From Isurus oxyrinchus (lineage: Eukaryota), in assembly GCA_026770705.1 (NCBI GenBank), contig JANJGN010000140.1, positions 1,178,001-1,242,000 of the forward strand: a stretch of 64,000 nt of DNA, given 5' to 3'. Position numbers and translations under genes: made by a program. The notes beneath the pieces are model-generated. The model made no database searches and was not told where the DNA came from. It saw only the letters and a program-made list of their open reading frames with translations. The stretch's first letter is position 1. Every line of letters begins with the position of its first letter. Shown piece after piece: positions 49,917 through 62,900 of this stretch.

Positions 49917-50048
49917 NNNNNNNNNNNNNNNNNNNNNNNNNNNNNNNNNNNNNNNNNNNNNNNNNNNNNNNNNNNNNNNNNNNNNNNNNNNNNNNNNNNN
50001 NNNNNNNNNNNNNNNNNNNNNNNNNNNNNNNNNNNNNNNNNNNNNNNN
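49917..50048. other. Assembly gap (N run)
   Basis: Ns. Confidence 1.
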
Positions 50049-50859
50049 GCTAGCCAGGTAGCTACGTACCTATCTCTCTCCCCCACGCCACTCTCTCTCT
50101 CTCTCTCACTCTCTCTCTCTCTCTATTAAATGCTTCAGGAAGGTTTGCTGTGTCGTATTTCGAACTCCAATGGTCATTGCTGCTTAGAATCATAGAACTT
50201 AACAGCTTTGCTTGCTTGTTCCTTATTCACTGTCTCGGGACTCCTAAGTCGTTTTGCTCCTTTATCTTGAAATGCATATTTGCTTCATGTTTCCTTTCCT
50301 TACTCCTCTATTTTATATTTACCATGCCACCCCTATGGTCTCTGGTCACTACGGTTTCATTGAAAGAGACAAACAGAAACGACATTGTTTGATTGATTTT
50401 AAGTCTGATATCGCAATTATATCTGATATCCACATTAACGTTCATGCCTCCTGGTGGTGTTTTAGTGTAACTGCGTGTTTGCGGAGTTTGTCAGACGCTG
50501 CATTCATTCCCTAAATTATTTGTTCCCACCTCTATGCATTTTTACAGAAGCGAGGAAATTCACTTCGAGGACAGATTGCCTCACCAGGGAGACAGAGGTC
50601 GCGGCAAACAAACCGAGACTCTGAGAACATCGGAGAGAGATAAAGAACCAATCAGAGAACACTCTGGTTTGCAGCTCTCAGTGACTGGAGCGCAACTGTA
50701 ATCAGTACTGACAGCCAACCTTGTCCCTGGGAAACGCTCCCTGGTGTCTCAATAAGTGAAATCTGACTCTGATCTGGGTTACATTTTAATATCAGACCTA
50801 ATAGTATCAATATATTTAGAGCATTATGTTACTTTCTGTCAAATTCTCAACCGAACACT

Positions 50860-51303
50860 ATATGTTCCCCATGTTCCTAATTGATAATAATGGTCTTGCT
50901 GCCTGGTGAGTCTATGTTCAAATAGTCACTGTGCCTCCAGGAGTTGTATTAAGTTCCTGACTTTTGAAAATGTATGTATTTATGTTGCAGTAATAAATGA
51001 CGAGGTTTCAGTGTCTCAGGGTCCGTCTGAATTAGCGGTTCGGGAAAGGCAGAACATTACTCGGCACCCTGCCCTGCCACCAACTCTCTTCCAGTATCCT
51101 GGGGAAGTTCCGAGTAATTTATTGAAGGTGTATAGCTTGGGAAATGAAGAAAAGTCTTCAGGTTTACCAGGTAGATCCTCTGCTGAGGAAACAAAACTCT
51201 CCATTCAAATATCACCTGGGATCTTCTCTCAAACATCACCGTGTATTTCTGTGCCATGAAGCCCACACTGCTGCAGAGAGACAGCGGATGCCAGACAAAA
51301 ACC
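50860..51303 (+). pseudogene. TCR V pseudogene, inverted paralog of the 47.7-kb V (leader 50860-50905 with ATG changed to ATA and a stop; V exon 50991-51263; RSS CACACTG-24-ACAAAAACC at 51264-51303)
   Basis: VSVSQGPSELAVRERQNI..QYPGEVPSNLLKVYSLGNEEKS..VYFCAMKP with internal deletions. Confidence 0.9.
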
Positions 51304-52258
51304 CAAGTGGGCGCTCCTGTTACTTCCCAACAGAGGGTGCTCTCACACCATTTAACAGAAACAACAAATCCCGCCTCCATAGCGAAAGTCACAGGAGCCT
51401 TCCAAAAAAATCATAACAAATAAGAAAACTCAACATTAAGAGGTGAGAAAAACTTGTGAAGTTGTATTAGTTAATTTCAAGTCGAATTGGTATGATAACC
51501 GACCGTCATAAAGCTATTTGATCACCTTAATTTACTTTTTGCCTTTTAATGCAGTTTCAGTGCCTGTCTGTAATAGTGAGTTCCCCTTTCCCCATTTCCC
51601 CTTTCATATTCCTGGAGCCTTTGGCCGCGGCCTGTTCACAGGATTTATTCGAACAGAGTGTGTTGCTGGGCCAGAGACAGTTTGTACACAATGAGCGGAG
51701 TTCACCAGATCTTTAACACAAACCTCAGGTACAGAGTCCACATCGAGTTTGAGAATGTTTCCTTAATGCTGGGATGTTTTCTGTCACTATTATTAATCCC
51801 GAGTTTACTGGTGATAATTAACAGACCAGGGTTTCACTCCTCCACTCCCTTCTCTAAAAGTGCAGCCATTCCTCCATCAGGCCATTGACTGTAGTACAGT
51901 TCGGGGTGCTTCCATTCAATGTCAGACAGCTCATCACCGACGGATCCCATAGAACCAGAGACACAAGGAAGTCAGGTGAGAACATTCCTAGGCATGACAG
52001 CAAATTATTGAGCGTGGGGATTAGAACTGATACCTTCAAATCTGACTCTGTGATGGCCTTTTGGTTGGATCGGATTCTGCAGTTTGTTTTCTTAGCCGCT
52101 CCTGAAAATATTTGGTGACAGTTTGATCCCAGGTGAATGTGTTTTCTTCTCGATGTGTGTTTGAGGGGCTGATAGTGCCTCTGTAGATTGGCGCTGCATC
52201 TTCCAGAGATTCGATACAAACTCAATCACACAGGAGCTCCTATCCACAGTCCAAAGGC

Positions 52259-53222
52259 CGGTTTTGTACAGGGGCCAGACCGTTTCCCATCATTGTGAGT
52301 CTTAGAGCGCAGTAATACACGGTAGCGTCAGTCAACCGCAGACCCGTGAAGGTTAAATTGGTGAATTCATTCGAGGTCTGGAGCTCGACTGAGAAACGGC
52401 TTTTAGCAAAACCTGCTTTAACTTCACTACCAATCCAATGTTTCCATAATATAAAGGCAGGCTGTGTACCTGGGTGTTGCCAGTGCCAGTATAAATGACA
52501 GCTTCTATCTGTAGTTTCATGGGTACAGCTTAAAGTCACCGCTTTCCCTTCTGTCTTAACATGTGAGGACAGTGGATGAGTGCTGGAGTCTCCATGACCT
52601 GCATCTGAAAAAAACATGTTCAAACAGAAAAAGATCAGACCAACGGCTGTTCAAAGTTAGAACAAAAACAAAAATACCGGGAAAAACACAGCAGGTCTGA
52701 CAGCATCTGTGGAGAGGGATACAGTTGACATTTCAAGTCCGAATAACTCTTCATCAGAACTGTTCAAAATTTACGTTTTTGTTAAATATTCAGGAGATAC
52801 AGGATGTATACTGGGCCAGCATTTATTGCCGATCCCAGTTGCCCTTCATGGTGACAACTGAAGGCTTGCCGGGTCATTTCAGAGGACATTTTTTGAAAGA
52901 GGCAACAACGTTGCTGTGGGCCTGGAGTCACGCGGAGAGAAGACCAGGTAAGGGCGGCAGATTTTCTTCCCCAAAGGACATCAGTGAACGTGATGGGTTT
53001 TTATAACAATCAATTCATTGCAATTATAATCCCAGGTTCCTAATTAAATCAAAGTTCACAATTTGCCATGGCGGGAGCCGAACCTGGAACCCTAGAGCAT
53101 TAACCTGAGTTTCTGGATTACATGGCGTCCCCTCATGATTTAAAACTGAGAAAAGATCTGTGTGGTCAACAATTACTTGTCGGAAATGCCGTCCGCACAA
53201 TCCTGATGCTGAGTAGCCTCAA
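52259..53222 (-). pseudogene. TCR delta/alpha-type V with an open V exon (52298-52604) but a decayed leader (about 53177-53222, ATG changed to TTG); RSS CACAATG-23-ACAAAACCG
   Basis: GDSSTHPLSSHVKTEGKAVTLSCTHETTDRSCHLYWHWQHPGTQPAFILWK..KAGFAKSRFSVEL..LRLTDATVYYCALRL. Confidence 0.85.
52660..52762 (-). mobile_element. Short Penelope-derived insertion with a minimal hammerhead-like motif, in the V intron
   Basis: Similar to the pseudo-LTR at 40784-40885; flanked by CTGTTCAAA direct repeats (52647-52655, 52760-52768). Confidence 0.7.
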
Positions 53223-54084
53223 TGTCACTGTCTGCTCTGTAAAACGGGAGTTGGATATTCGAAGATACCCATTCTAAGACCCATCCTTGATAACCTGCTG
53301 TCGTGTCTTAGAATGTCCTCACCTCACTTCCTTGTCTCACCGGTGCTGCTGTGACAAGGGTAGATGTTGAGCTGGCTGCCAGTGATCAGAAACACCATGA
53401 GTTGGGATTCAGTCAGTGTCTTCATCGGGCAAATGTTTCAGTTTTGCACAAAAGATGGTGGTAATTAAATCCATGTCTGGATATTGAATCTGTCAAACAC
53501 AGGATTGATCATGGGTTTGGTTTATTCCGGGTGAATTTGTTCTCTATAATTATTTTCGCCTCACTGTCAGGACACGAGCAACAATGAGATTTCCCTCGTA
53601 ACCCATTTAACGAGTAATCTGACTATGATTTTATATCTTGTCGGACTGATTTATGGACTTATCATATTAGAGCAACGATTTCTGTTGTTACTGCACAAAC
53701 AAATGAACAGACTTAGGCAATGGCCCACTGGTATTGTCGGTGGAGTAGTAACACAGCGACCCTGAGAAGTGCCCTGGGGACCATGGCTTGCCACGGCAGA
53801 TGGTGGAATTTGAATTAAATAAAAATCTGCAATTAAAAGTCTTACCATCGATTGTTGTAAAAATCCATCTGGTTCATTAATGTCCATTAAGGAAGTAAAC
53901 CTGCTGCCCTTACCTGGTCTGGTCTCTCTGACATGGCCTATAAGGCCACTTGGTTGCATCAAAATGCTATGAAATCTCAAAGACGAATGGGCGGAGCACA
54001 CAGAATCGACCAAGACATCAGAAACAACAACCGCAAACTTAACCCTGTCGGCCCTGCAAACTCCTCCTTACTCGCATAGACTTA

Positions 54085-54618
54085 CAGGCGTTTACAGCAC
54101 AGAAGGAGGCCACTGGGCCCACCTTGTTCGCGCCGGTCAACAAAGATCTGACCACACTAATCATATTTTCCAGTGCTTGTCCCAAAGCCTTGGATGCTAT
54201 GCCAACGGACGTGAATATCTAAATACTTCCGAAATGTTACAAGAGTTTCTGACTCACTACTCAGTCAGGCAGCAAGTTTCAGACTCTCACTACCCTCTGA
54301 TTGAAAGAAAAACCTCCTCAACACCTTTCTTAGCCTTCTACTATCTACCTTAAATCTATGGCCTTAGCCCCCCCCCCCCCAACCCCACCACCCCGCCTCG
54401 CGCCACCCATCCCAACCCCCCACCCCCGGTTATTGATCCCTCTACTAACGGGAAAAGTGCCTTATTACCCACTAAATCTATGCCTCTCATAACCTTATGC
54501 ATCTCTACCAGGTCCCCACTCAACCTTCGCTACTCCAAGGAAAACAACCCCAGCCTATTAAATCCTTCCTCATAGATCAGACCCTCCATCCCAGGCAGCA
54601 TCCTGGTAAATCTCCTTA
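54085..54618 (-). mobile_element. CR1 3' fragment abutting a V RSS spacer
   Basis: Similar to 1000-1460 and 7724-8230. Confidence 0.75.
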
Positions 54619-54621
54619 CAG

Positions 54622-54929
54622 CAGTGTAGGGAGTCTTGGCACAGCAACACACCCGGATCAGAGATCAGGGCTGTACTAATCATTAACTCTGTGATCTTAG
54701 TAGTTTTACCAAACCTAGGCAAAAATCGAGCCGCAAAGTAGAATTTCCAGTTTTCTATACATCCATGGAGAGGGTGGACAACGGAGGGTGCCAGGAGTGT
54801 TGACTACTCCACAGCACACATAGGGCTTAAAAGAGCTTGGTTTGAAGGTGATGTTCAGGGTGATATTACTTCCCTCATCTGTCGCCATTTCAGCAGCCAA
54901 CTATTCTACTGTGTGTTGATGGCTCAATT
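54622..54929 (-). pseudogene. Decayed TCR V pseudogene (same family as 37.2 kb)
   Basis: LSHQHTVE*LAAEMATDEGSNITLNITFKPSSFKPYV..KTTKITELMISTALISD; heptamer TACACTG at 54622-54628, then CR1 sequence. Confidence 0.82.
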
Positions 54930-55539
54930 CTGACATAAATGTTGGGAATAGTCACCATCTCATCATCAGCAACATCATTACCAGTGCAACGTTTTATTCA
55001 TTTATGGGATGTGGGCTTCACCTGCCAGGCCAGCATTTATTGCCCATCGCTAATTGCCGTTGAGAAGGTGGTGGCGAGCTGCCTTCTTGAACCGCTTCAA
55101 TGCATGTGGTGCATGTAAATAAACACAGGGAATCGCTGGATTTAAAATGAAGTTGGAATTAGCTCCCATGTATCTATTCGCCTGCATTACAATATATTAC
55201 AATAGTAATAATATGAACAGGAATAATACAACACAATCATGCTACAACATCCTTCAATAATTTGAGAATCCGGTGATTTTTCCAGGTAGTGTCCATTTAA
55301 CCCAGGTCGCCACCAGATGGAGCTCCTATGTTGTGTTTGTTTGTTTACTGCTGGAGGTACGGGCACAATAACATGGTGGTTATGATCTTGATCTAGAAAT
55401 CCAGGAGGCCATATAGTTCTCGGAAGTCAGCCTTTCCATATCATGTGTTGCATAATGTTATTTTTCTTTCCCTCCTGGAATTCCTGCTTCTAATTAGGGC
55501 ACATCTTTCCTCACAATATTACGGTTTCTCTCACTACGT

Positions 55540-56180
55540 ATACCTCTGTTTACCTTGCTGTCTGTTCGTTTGTCTCTCTTCGTCTATAATATCCCCTTAT
55601 TGCTACAACTTTTTCCTTCCCTGTATCTTCATCCATTTCCCTTCCTATCTCCGTCTCTCCCTCATTCTCTCACTCTCTCCCACTGTTTAGCTCCCAGTGT
55701 CTCCTTCATTTCTATCATTCCCATCCCTTCTAGTTATCTCCCTATATCTCCATCTGTTTCTCTCCCTCTCTCTGTCTCTGCCTCGATATTTATCACAGTC
55801 TCTCTCTCTGATTCATTTACTCTCTTTTCATTTGTTTCTCTTCGTTTCGTGGTTTAATGTGCCCGTACTGCTACATTTGTTTCTCCTTCTGTACTTGCAT
55901 CTAAATCCTACCCTATCTCTCTATCTCTCTCTGTGTCTCTCTCCCTCTATCTCTCCCTCTCTTTCTCTCTCATTTCTACCCTTTACCCCTCTCTCATTTC
56001 TCTCGTTGCTTCTCTCTCTGTTTATCTCTATGTTTCTCCTTCATTTTCTGGCATTGCCTTCCCTCCTGCTTATTGCCCTGTATCTCCATCTCTGTTTTGC
56101 TCACTGCCTGTCACTCAGACTTTCTCTATATTTCTCAATCAGTGTTTCTACCTTTGTCACTGCCTGTTTTTTTTTCTGTC
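55540..56180. repeat. CT-rich low-complexity tract (others at 19210-19310, 27500-27600 and 59710-59790)
   Basis: Seen directly. Confidence 0.85.
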
Positions 56181-58114
56181 TGCCAGTCGAAATGATTCTC
56201 CCCCCAGAATCTCCCTCATAGACAGGTTTTTTTTTTTTAAAAAAAACAAGTATTTAGATGAATCGTGGTGATCTAGTCCACCTTCAGTTCTCAATTCATT
56301 GAAAATATCCAAGTGTTCCTTGTACATTCTATTCCCTGGAGATTCATCAGCGTTAGATGCCGCTTCCTGTTGTAGAAGGCGAGGTTAGTCAATAATGTGC
56401 AGCCACGGGAGGTAATACAATTCATGTGTATCCGGGCCTGGGCACAGCAACAGGCCTCAAATGTGCGTACATTAAAGGTATTCGTTTCCAAAACCAAATG
56501 CAGTCATTCATCATTTTTGAGCTCTAATTAAATGCTGGAGAAATTGCAGCATTAAATCAACTGATGCACTCAGTCTGCATCAGACACAAAAGATGTGTAC
56601 CTTGTATGAAAGCAAAAAAATACGGGTGCTGGAGATTTGAAATGAAAGCAGAAAATGCTGCAAAAGGTACAGCAGGTCTGGCAATACCTGTGAAGAGAGA
56701 AGCAGATTGAACGTTTTGGATTCAATATTACTCTCCTTCCGAATTCTGGGCTGGCCCACCAGTACTTCCTGAGCTAAAGGATATATTTGTGGCTTTTATT
56801 GAAAAGGATGAATGAAAAACCTGGCTTCAGAGGGCATATCAGCGAGAGCAGCGCATCAGCGTTGGATTGAACCCTTGCCCTCCGTGATGATATGAAAGAT
56901 ATTTACCACGAATTTAATATTCTTGATTGTAAATCCCAATAATTCCCAATTAAATCAAATCTCCAATAATATTCCTGATCCACTGAGTGCAGAAACCAGG
57001 AAACACAATGAACGGAATTGCAGCTTCATCCTTTTGATCTTTAGCGAGGAATGACAACCTCCACACCCAACGCTGTTCTCCTCAATACGGTTGACTCATT
57101 TGTGAACTACAGGTCCACAGATACCCTACGTTCAGCAGGGAAAGGTTTAACAGGGTCGGCTGAAGCCTGTTACCGTTTTGCTGCTATCATTTTCTCATAT
57201 TACTAACCTTCAGCTCTTGACTGTTGGGCAGGTCTGTGGCGGAAACAGTGTTTAGTTCAGTCAGGCGCAGAGCAATACACCATACAGCAGAGGAGGAGTC
57301 CATTCGGCCCATTGTGCTCGTGCCAGCTCTTCGCATGACCAATACAATTAATCCCACATCTCCTCTCTTTCCCCAAACCCAAGACAATTCTTCAATAACA
57401 TGTTTGTAACATGATTCAATTAATTCATTTTAAAAAAGAAGTAATGAAAAATATTCGGGAATAGAGATTATCATTTCAAATGAAAAGTCTATTTCATTTT
57501 AAAAATTATGATGAACGTTTAAGATATTAAGAATGTAAAGATGTTGTAAATATAGTTCATTGAGTAGATTTTGTCTAATCTCATCTGCTGCTTACCTCTC
57601 CCATTCTGTTCAACCCTGTCAGTCAATCCACATTTCATTCACGTAATAGGTGGAATTGGTCCATTTGACCGTGTTGCTTTATTCAAAGCTTTCAGAGCAG
57701 CCTGGTCCTCTATAACCGCTGTGGATTGCCCTAATCATCAGACAACAGTTCTTTTAACGTGAACTTCCTACACTGATAACAGCACAATATGATCTCTTTC
57801 CATTCATTACACACACCTCGCAGCCTCAAACAGCTTAAGGGATAACATTGTGTTTAATTGCTGTCCTACTCTCTGTTCCATTCAGTGTTGCCCGATCTGA
57901 TGTCACGAATTGGAGAGTAAAGGAACTCTCAGCTGATTGGACGAAAAACAGAATAAAGAACCTGATTGGAAGCCACGTGCTGATTCTGTGAGGAATGAAC
58001 CAATAGGCAGAGACGCCGGATGTTGCGCAATATTAACCGAACTCTTCACGAAAACCATTACAGGTACACGCCCTCTGCCCTGAAAACATCCCCAGCAGAA
58101 GGGGTGCAGATAAA

Positions 58115-58488
58115 GAGTGGGGGAGCCTGGTCCCGGTGCTGACGGTAGAGTTGTATGAAATAGAAACCGGCAGTGGTCGCATAACTGAAATTAATGTTCA
58201 CCGAGTCTCCATCAAACTGTTTCACTCTCTCCGGCTCCTGCGAGACAGAGTCCGCAGCATGAACACCTGCAGAAATTTAGAAATACAGAACTTAAACTTT
58301 TTATGCGACTTTTATTTTAACCAATTGTTACTGAGTTAAAGGGATATATGCAAATACAGATAAAAGGCAGTTAAAGGGAAGATTACTATCTCAGTGTCAC
58401 CATCAAGATGAAAATTGCGTAACTTGTCAATCTTACCAGTTAAGAGAGCTGCAGCTGCGAGGAGTGATTTAAATGTAACACCCAGCAT
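58115..58488 (-). pseudogene. 3'-truncated TCR V pseudogene (leader 58437-58488, V exon from 58266)
   Basis: MLGVTFKSLLAAAALLT|GVHAADSVSQEPERVKQFDGDSVNINFSYATTAGFYFIQLYRQHRDQAP; Cys and Trp lost; no 3' half. Confidence 0.85.
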
Positions 58489-58599
58489 GTTCGCGGAGCT
58501 GATGGTAGATTTGAACACAATGAATTTCACCAGAATTGTTTTTGTTGCTGAATATCAGCTGGACCTCGCAGCCGATTGGCTCATCCCTGAAAGAGTTAA

Positions 58600-58730
58600 C
58601 AGGTGACTGCGTACAGAATGTGCCAAAATCTGTGAGTAAACATAACCCATGAAACACACACTGAGGATTTTAGCTCAGACTCTCCGGGCAGCACGACCAT
58701 TATTATTAGTAAAGCACACAAGGAACACGT
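58600..58730 (-). pseudogene. Leader and intron remnant of a V from the 47.7-kb family (ATG changed to ACG, GT changed to GA)
   Basis: ACGTGTTCCTTGTGTGCTTTACTAATAATAATGGTCGTGCTGCCCG matches the leader at 48134-48179; upstream 58780-58870 resembles the 48230-48340 promoter. Confidence 0.7.
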
Positions 58731-59710
58731 GGTTCCTGATTCGATAGTAAACAGCACGCTGTTTAAAATATGTTGACGCTTGGAGTCTTATGCCAAAGGC
58801 AGTTTTCTCTTCTTGGGGAACTGATGGGCGTTTCTCAGCCCTACGATTGGCTGGTCTCTCTGATATGAAGTCAGTTCTGCACCAATCACTGTTGGTTCAG
58901 GGTAATGTACAGCTGACACTGACCAATCACCTTCCACCCCTGGCTGTGTCTACCTGTCTTTCTCGCTCCCTTGCTCTGTCTCACATAATCAATCATTCTG
59001 TCTCTTTCTCGCTTTAACTAGCTTTCTTTATAATTCAATGCCTCTATCTTTAGATAGATAGATCTTTCTCTCATATTAGTTTATGTCTCTGTTTATATCA
59101 CATAGTTTCCTAAATCAGTTAAAGTTGCAATGCGCCCTGTATCTGTTAATATAACACTAGTCCCTGTTTCTGTTATGACTGCACTAGCCCATATCTCTGC
59201 TTATATTATACTACACCTAGTCTCTGTTATTACTGTATTAGTCTATGCCCCTGTGAGATGGAAAGATAATATTATAAGTAAAGATGTTGTTGTCGTAATT
59301 TGCCTGTGGTTTTGGCCTAAAACGGGCGGTACCGAAGTGGCCGTCCATTCTGCGCAGCGCCTGATATTCAGTTTAAGTGCATCAATGGAATTACATTTCA
59401 GAGATCGCCTGATCTGTGTGTTTGTATAAAAACAAATCATTTTTCATGCTTCCACTGTCATTCCACAGAGATATAAGATTTATCTTCACCAGAATGTTTC
59501 GGCGTTTTATTTTCTCTTCTTGAAACTTCAAATGCAGATCTTTTAATATCGAAATGTGTTATTGATATCATTTTCTGTTATGCATTCTTGTTTAGAAATT
59601 CGTGTCATTATGGCCATTCCATTGCTGAGGCGGTCATGTCTGTCAGAAAAATCGTTTAATCTCCCTCTTCTTTCTGTCTGAGAAAGTGGATAATTCACTG
59701 AACCACTTTG

Positions 59711-59745
<35 letters not shown>

Positions 59746-59997
59746 AATGCTCTATCCCTCTTGCCCTTTCTCTCTCTCTCTCTCTGAGACATTCCCTTTT
59801 TTATTTTAAATCTCTTATTTTCTAATAACTCTCTTTAGGGAAAGTATTTTTTTAACAATTATACTTCATTTCTCTCAATGATAACGTTCAGCCCATCCCG
59901 CCTTCACTGAATGTGTTAAAACACAAATAGTTCATGTATTTTAATTGTAGATTGTTCAATACTGTAATGATTTGTTGATAACCATTCTGTTATGTGC

Positions 59998-62900
59998 TTT
60001 AGCTCTTGACCTTTCCCAACAGGTACGAGGTAATTGCTCCCTATGTGGATGAGGAACAGGGTTGTAGGGAGGATGAGCCAGCTGACCATGGCACTGTGGC
60101 ACAGGAGTCAATTCAAGAGGGGGGAGCAACAAGACAAGTGGTACTTGTAAGGGTTTCTATACTTAGGGGAATTGATACCATCTTTTGTAAACAGGATCGA
60201 GAGTCTTGCATGGTATGTTGCCGGCCCGGTGCCAGGGTGAGGGACATCTCTGACCAGCTTGAAAGGATATTGGAGGGGTAGGGGGAGGATCCATTTGTTG
60301 TGGTCCACGTCGGGACAAATAACATAGGTAAGACTAAGAAAGAGGACCTGTTTGAGGATTATCAGGAACTAGGAACTAAATTAAAGAACAGGTCCTCGAG
60401 GGTTATGATCTCCAGATAACTACACGAGCCACGGGCAAATTGGCATAGGGATGCGAGAATAAGGGAAGTAAACACATGGCTAAAGGAATGGTGCGGGAAA
60501 GAGGAATTCTATTTCGTGGGGCACTGGCATCAGTATTGGAACAGGAGGGATCTGTACTGTTGGAATGGTCTCCACCTGAACCGATCTGGGACCAATGTTC
60601 CAGCGAGAAGGGTAAATTGGGTAGTCAACAGGGGTTTAAACTAGAAAGTGGAGGGGAAGGGAAGGCTCAAACGCCAAGAAGTATGATTAATGGGAAAAAA
60701 AGCAGCAGGTAAGCGTGTGGGGGTGGATTCAACTTCATGGAAAATTATGGGAAAACTGAAAAGAAAGGAGAGGCAAGGAGAGGTTATTAAATTCTGTCGA
60801 TCAGAAAATAGGAGAGTGTTTGGAAAGGGCTAGGAATCTAAGTTCAAGCACATCAGATAAAGGGACGACAATGAGAAAGGGGACGGGAAATACCCGACTG
60901 AAGGTGTTGTATCTGAATGCACGCACCATACAAAATGAGGTAAATGAGCTTGTGGCACAGATTGAAATTGGCAGGTATGATGTGGTGGGCATCACGGAGA
61001 CTTGGCTGCAAGGTAATCAGGACTGGGAGCTAAATATCCAAGGATATACATCCTATCGAAAAGATAGGCAGGTTAGCAGAGGTGGTGGGGTTGTTTTGTT
61101 AGTAAGAAATGAAATTAAATCGATAACAAGAAACAACGTGGGGTCAGATGATGTAGAATATGTGTGGGTAGAATTGAGGAATCGGAATGGTAAAAAAAAC
61201 ATAATGGGAGTTATGTACAGGCCTCCGAACAGTAGTCAGGATGTGGGGCACAAGGTACACCAGGAGATAGAAAAGGCGTGTAAGAAAGGCAAGGTTACAG
61301 AGATCATGGGGGATTTCAATATGCAAGTAGACTGGGAAAATCAGGATGGTAGTGGATCCCAAGAAAAGGAACTTGTGGATTGTCTATGAGATGGCTGTTT
61401 GGAGCAGCTTGTGGCGGAGCCCACTAGGGAACAGGCAATTCTAGATTTAGTGATGTGTAATGAGGCAGGTTTGATAAGGGAGCTTAAAGTGAAGGAAGCC
61501 TTAGGAGGAGGTCACCATAATATGATAGAATTTATCCTGCAATTTGAGAGGAAAAAGCTGGAATCAGATGTAACAGTATTACAGTTGAATAAAGGCAACT
61601 ACAGGGGCATGAGGGAGGAGCTGGCCAGAATTGACTGGGAGATGAGACTAGCAGGAAAGACAGTGGAACAGCTATGGCAGGAGTTTCTGGGAGTAATTTT
61701 GGAGACACAGCACAAATTCATCCCTAGGAAGGAGAAGCATACTAAAGTGAGGACGAGGCAACTATGGCTGACAAGGGAAATCAGGGACAGCATAAGAGCT
61801 AAAGAGAAAGCACACAACACGGCGAAGAGCAGTGGGAAACCAGGGGATTGGAAGCCTACAAAGACCAACAGAGGACAACTAAAAGAGAAATAAGGAGGGA
61901 GAAGATTAAATGTGGGGGTAAACTAGCCAGTAATATAAAAGAAGATTGCAAGAGGTTTTTTTTTTAGATTTATGAGAGGTAGGAGAAATGCAAAAGTGGA
62001 GATTGGGCCGCTGGAAAATGACGCTGGAGAAGTAATAGTGGGGAACAAAGAAATAGCGGAGGAACTGAATAGGTACTTTGCGTCATTCTTCACGATGTAA
62101 GACATGAGTAACATCCCCAAAGTTCTAGAGAGTCGGGGGGGCAGAGGTGAGTATGGTGGCCATTACAAAGGAGAAGGTGCTAGGAAAACTGCAAGGTCTG
62201 AAGGTGGATAAATCAACTGCATCAGATGGATTACGCCCCAGAGTTCTGAATGAGATAGCTGAACAGATAGTGGAGGCGATAGTGCTGATCTTTCAGGAAT
62301 CACCCGAGTCAGGGAGAGTCCCAGAGCACTGGGAAATCGCTAATGTAACCCCCCTGTTTAAGAAGGGAGTGAGGCAAAAGATGGGAAATTACAGGCCGAT
62401 TAGCCTGGCCTCGGTCCTTGATAATATTTTAGAGTCCATTATTAAGGATGGAATTTCAGAATACTTAGAAGTGCATGGTAAAATAGAGCAAAGTCAGTAT
62501 GGTTTCATCAAGGGGAAGTCATGTCTGACAAATCTGTTAGAAATCTTTGACGAAGTAACGAGTCAATTAGACAAAGGAGAGCCAATGGATGTTATCTACT
62601 TGGACTTCCAGAAGGCCTTTAACAAGGTGCCACACAGGAGGCTGCTCAGTAAGATTAGCGCCCATGGTGTTAGAGGCAAGGTACTAGCATGGGTAGAAGA
62701 TTGACTGTCTGGCAGGAGACAGAGAGTAGTGATAAGGGGATCCTTCTCAGGATGTCGTCCGGTGACTAGTGGAGTTCTGCAGAGGTCAGTGTTGGGACCT
62801 CTTTTCACTTTATGCATTAATGATCTAGATGAAGGAACTGAGGGCATTCTGGCTAAGTTTGTAGATGACACAAAGCTAGGTGGAGGGACAGGTAGTATTG

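Noticed and set aside
55445-56271. Leu/Ser-rich ORFs resembling membrane proteins (also 27374..27732)
   Set aside because: Translations of CT/GA low-complexity tracts.
57600-58000. Promoter-like region (decamer, CCAAT) with a possible leader
   Set aside because: No recognisable V exon follows, so it was not called as a gene.
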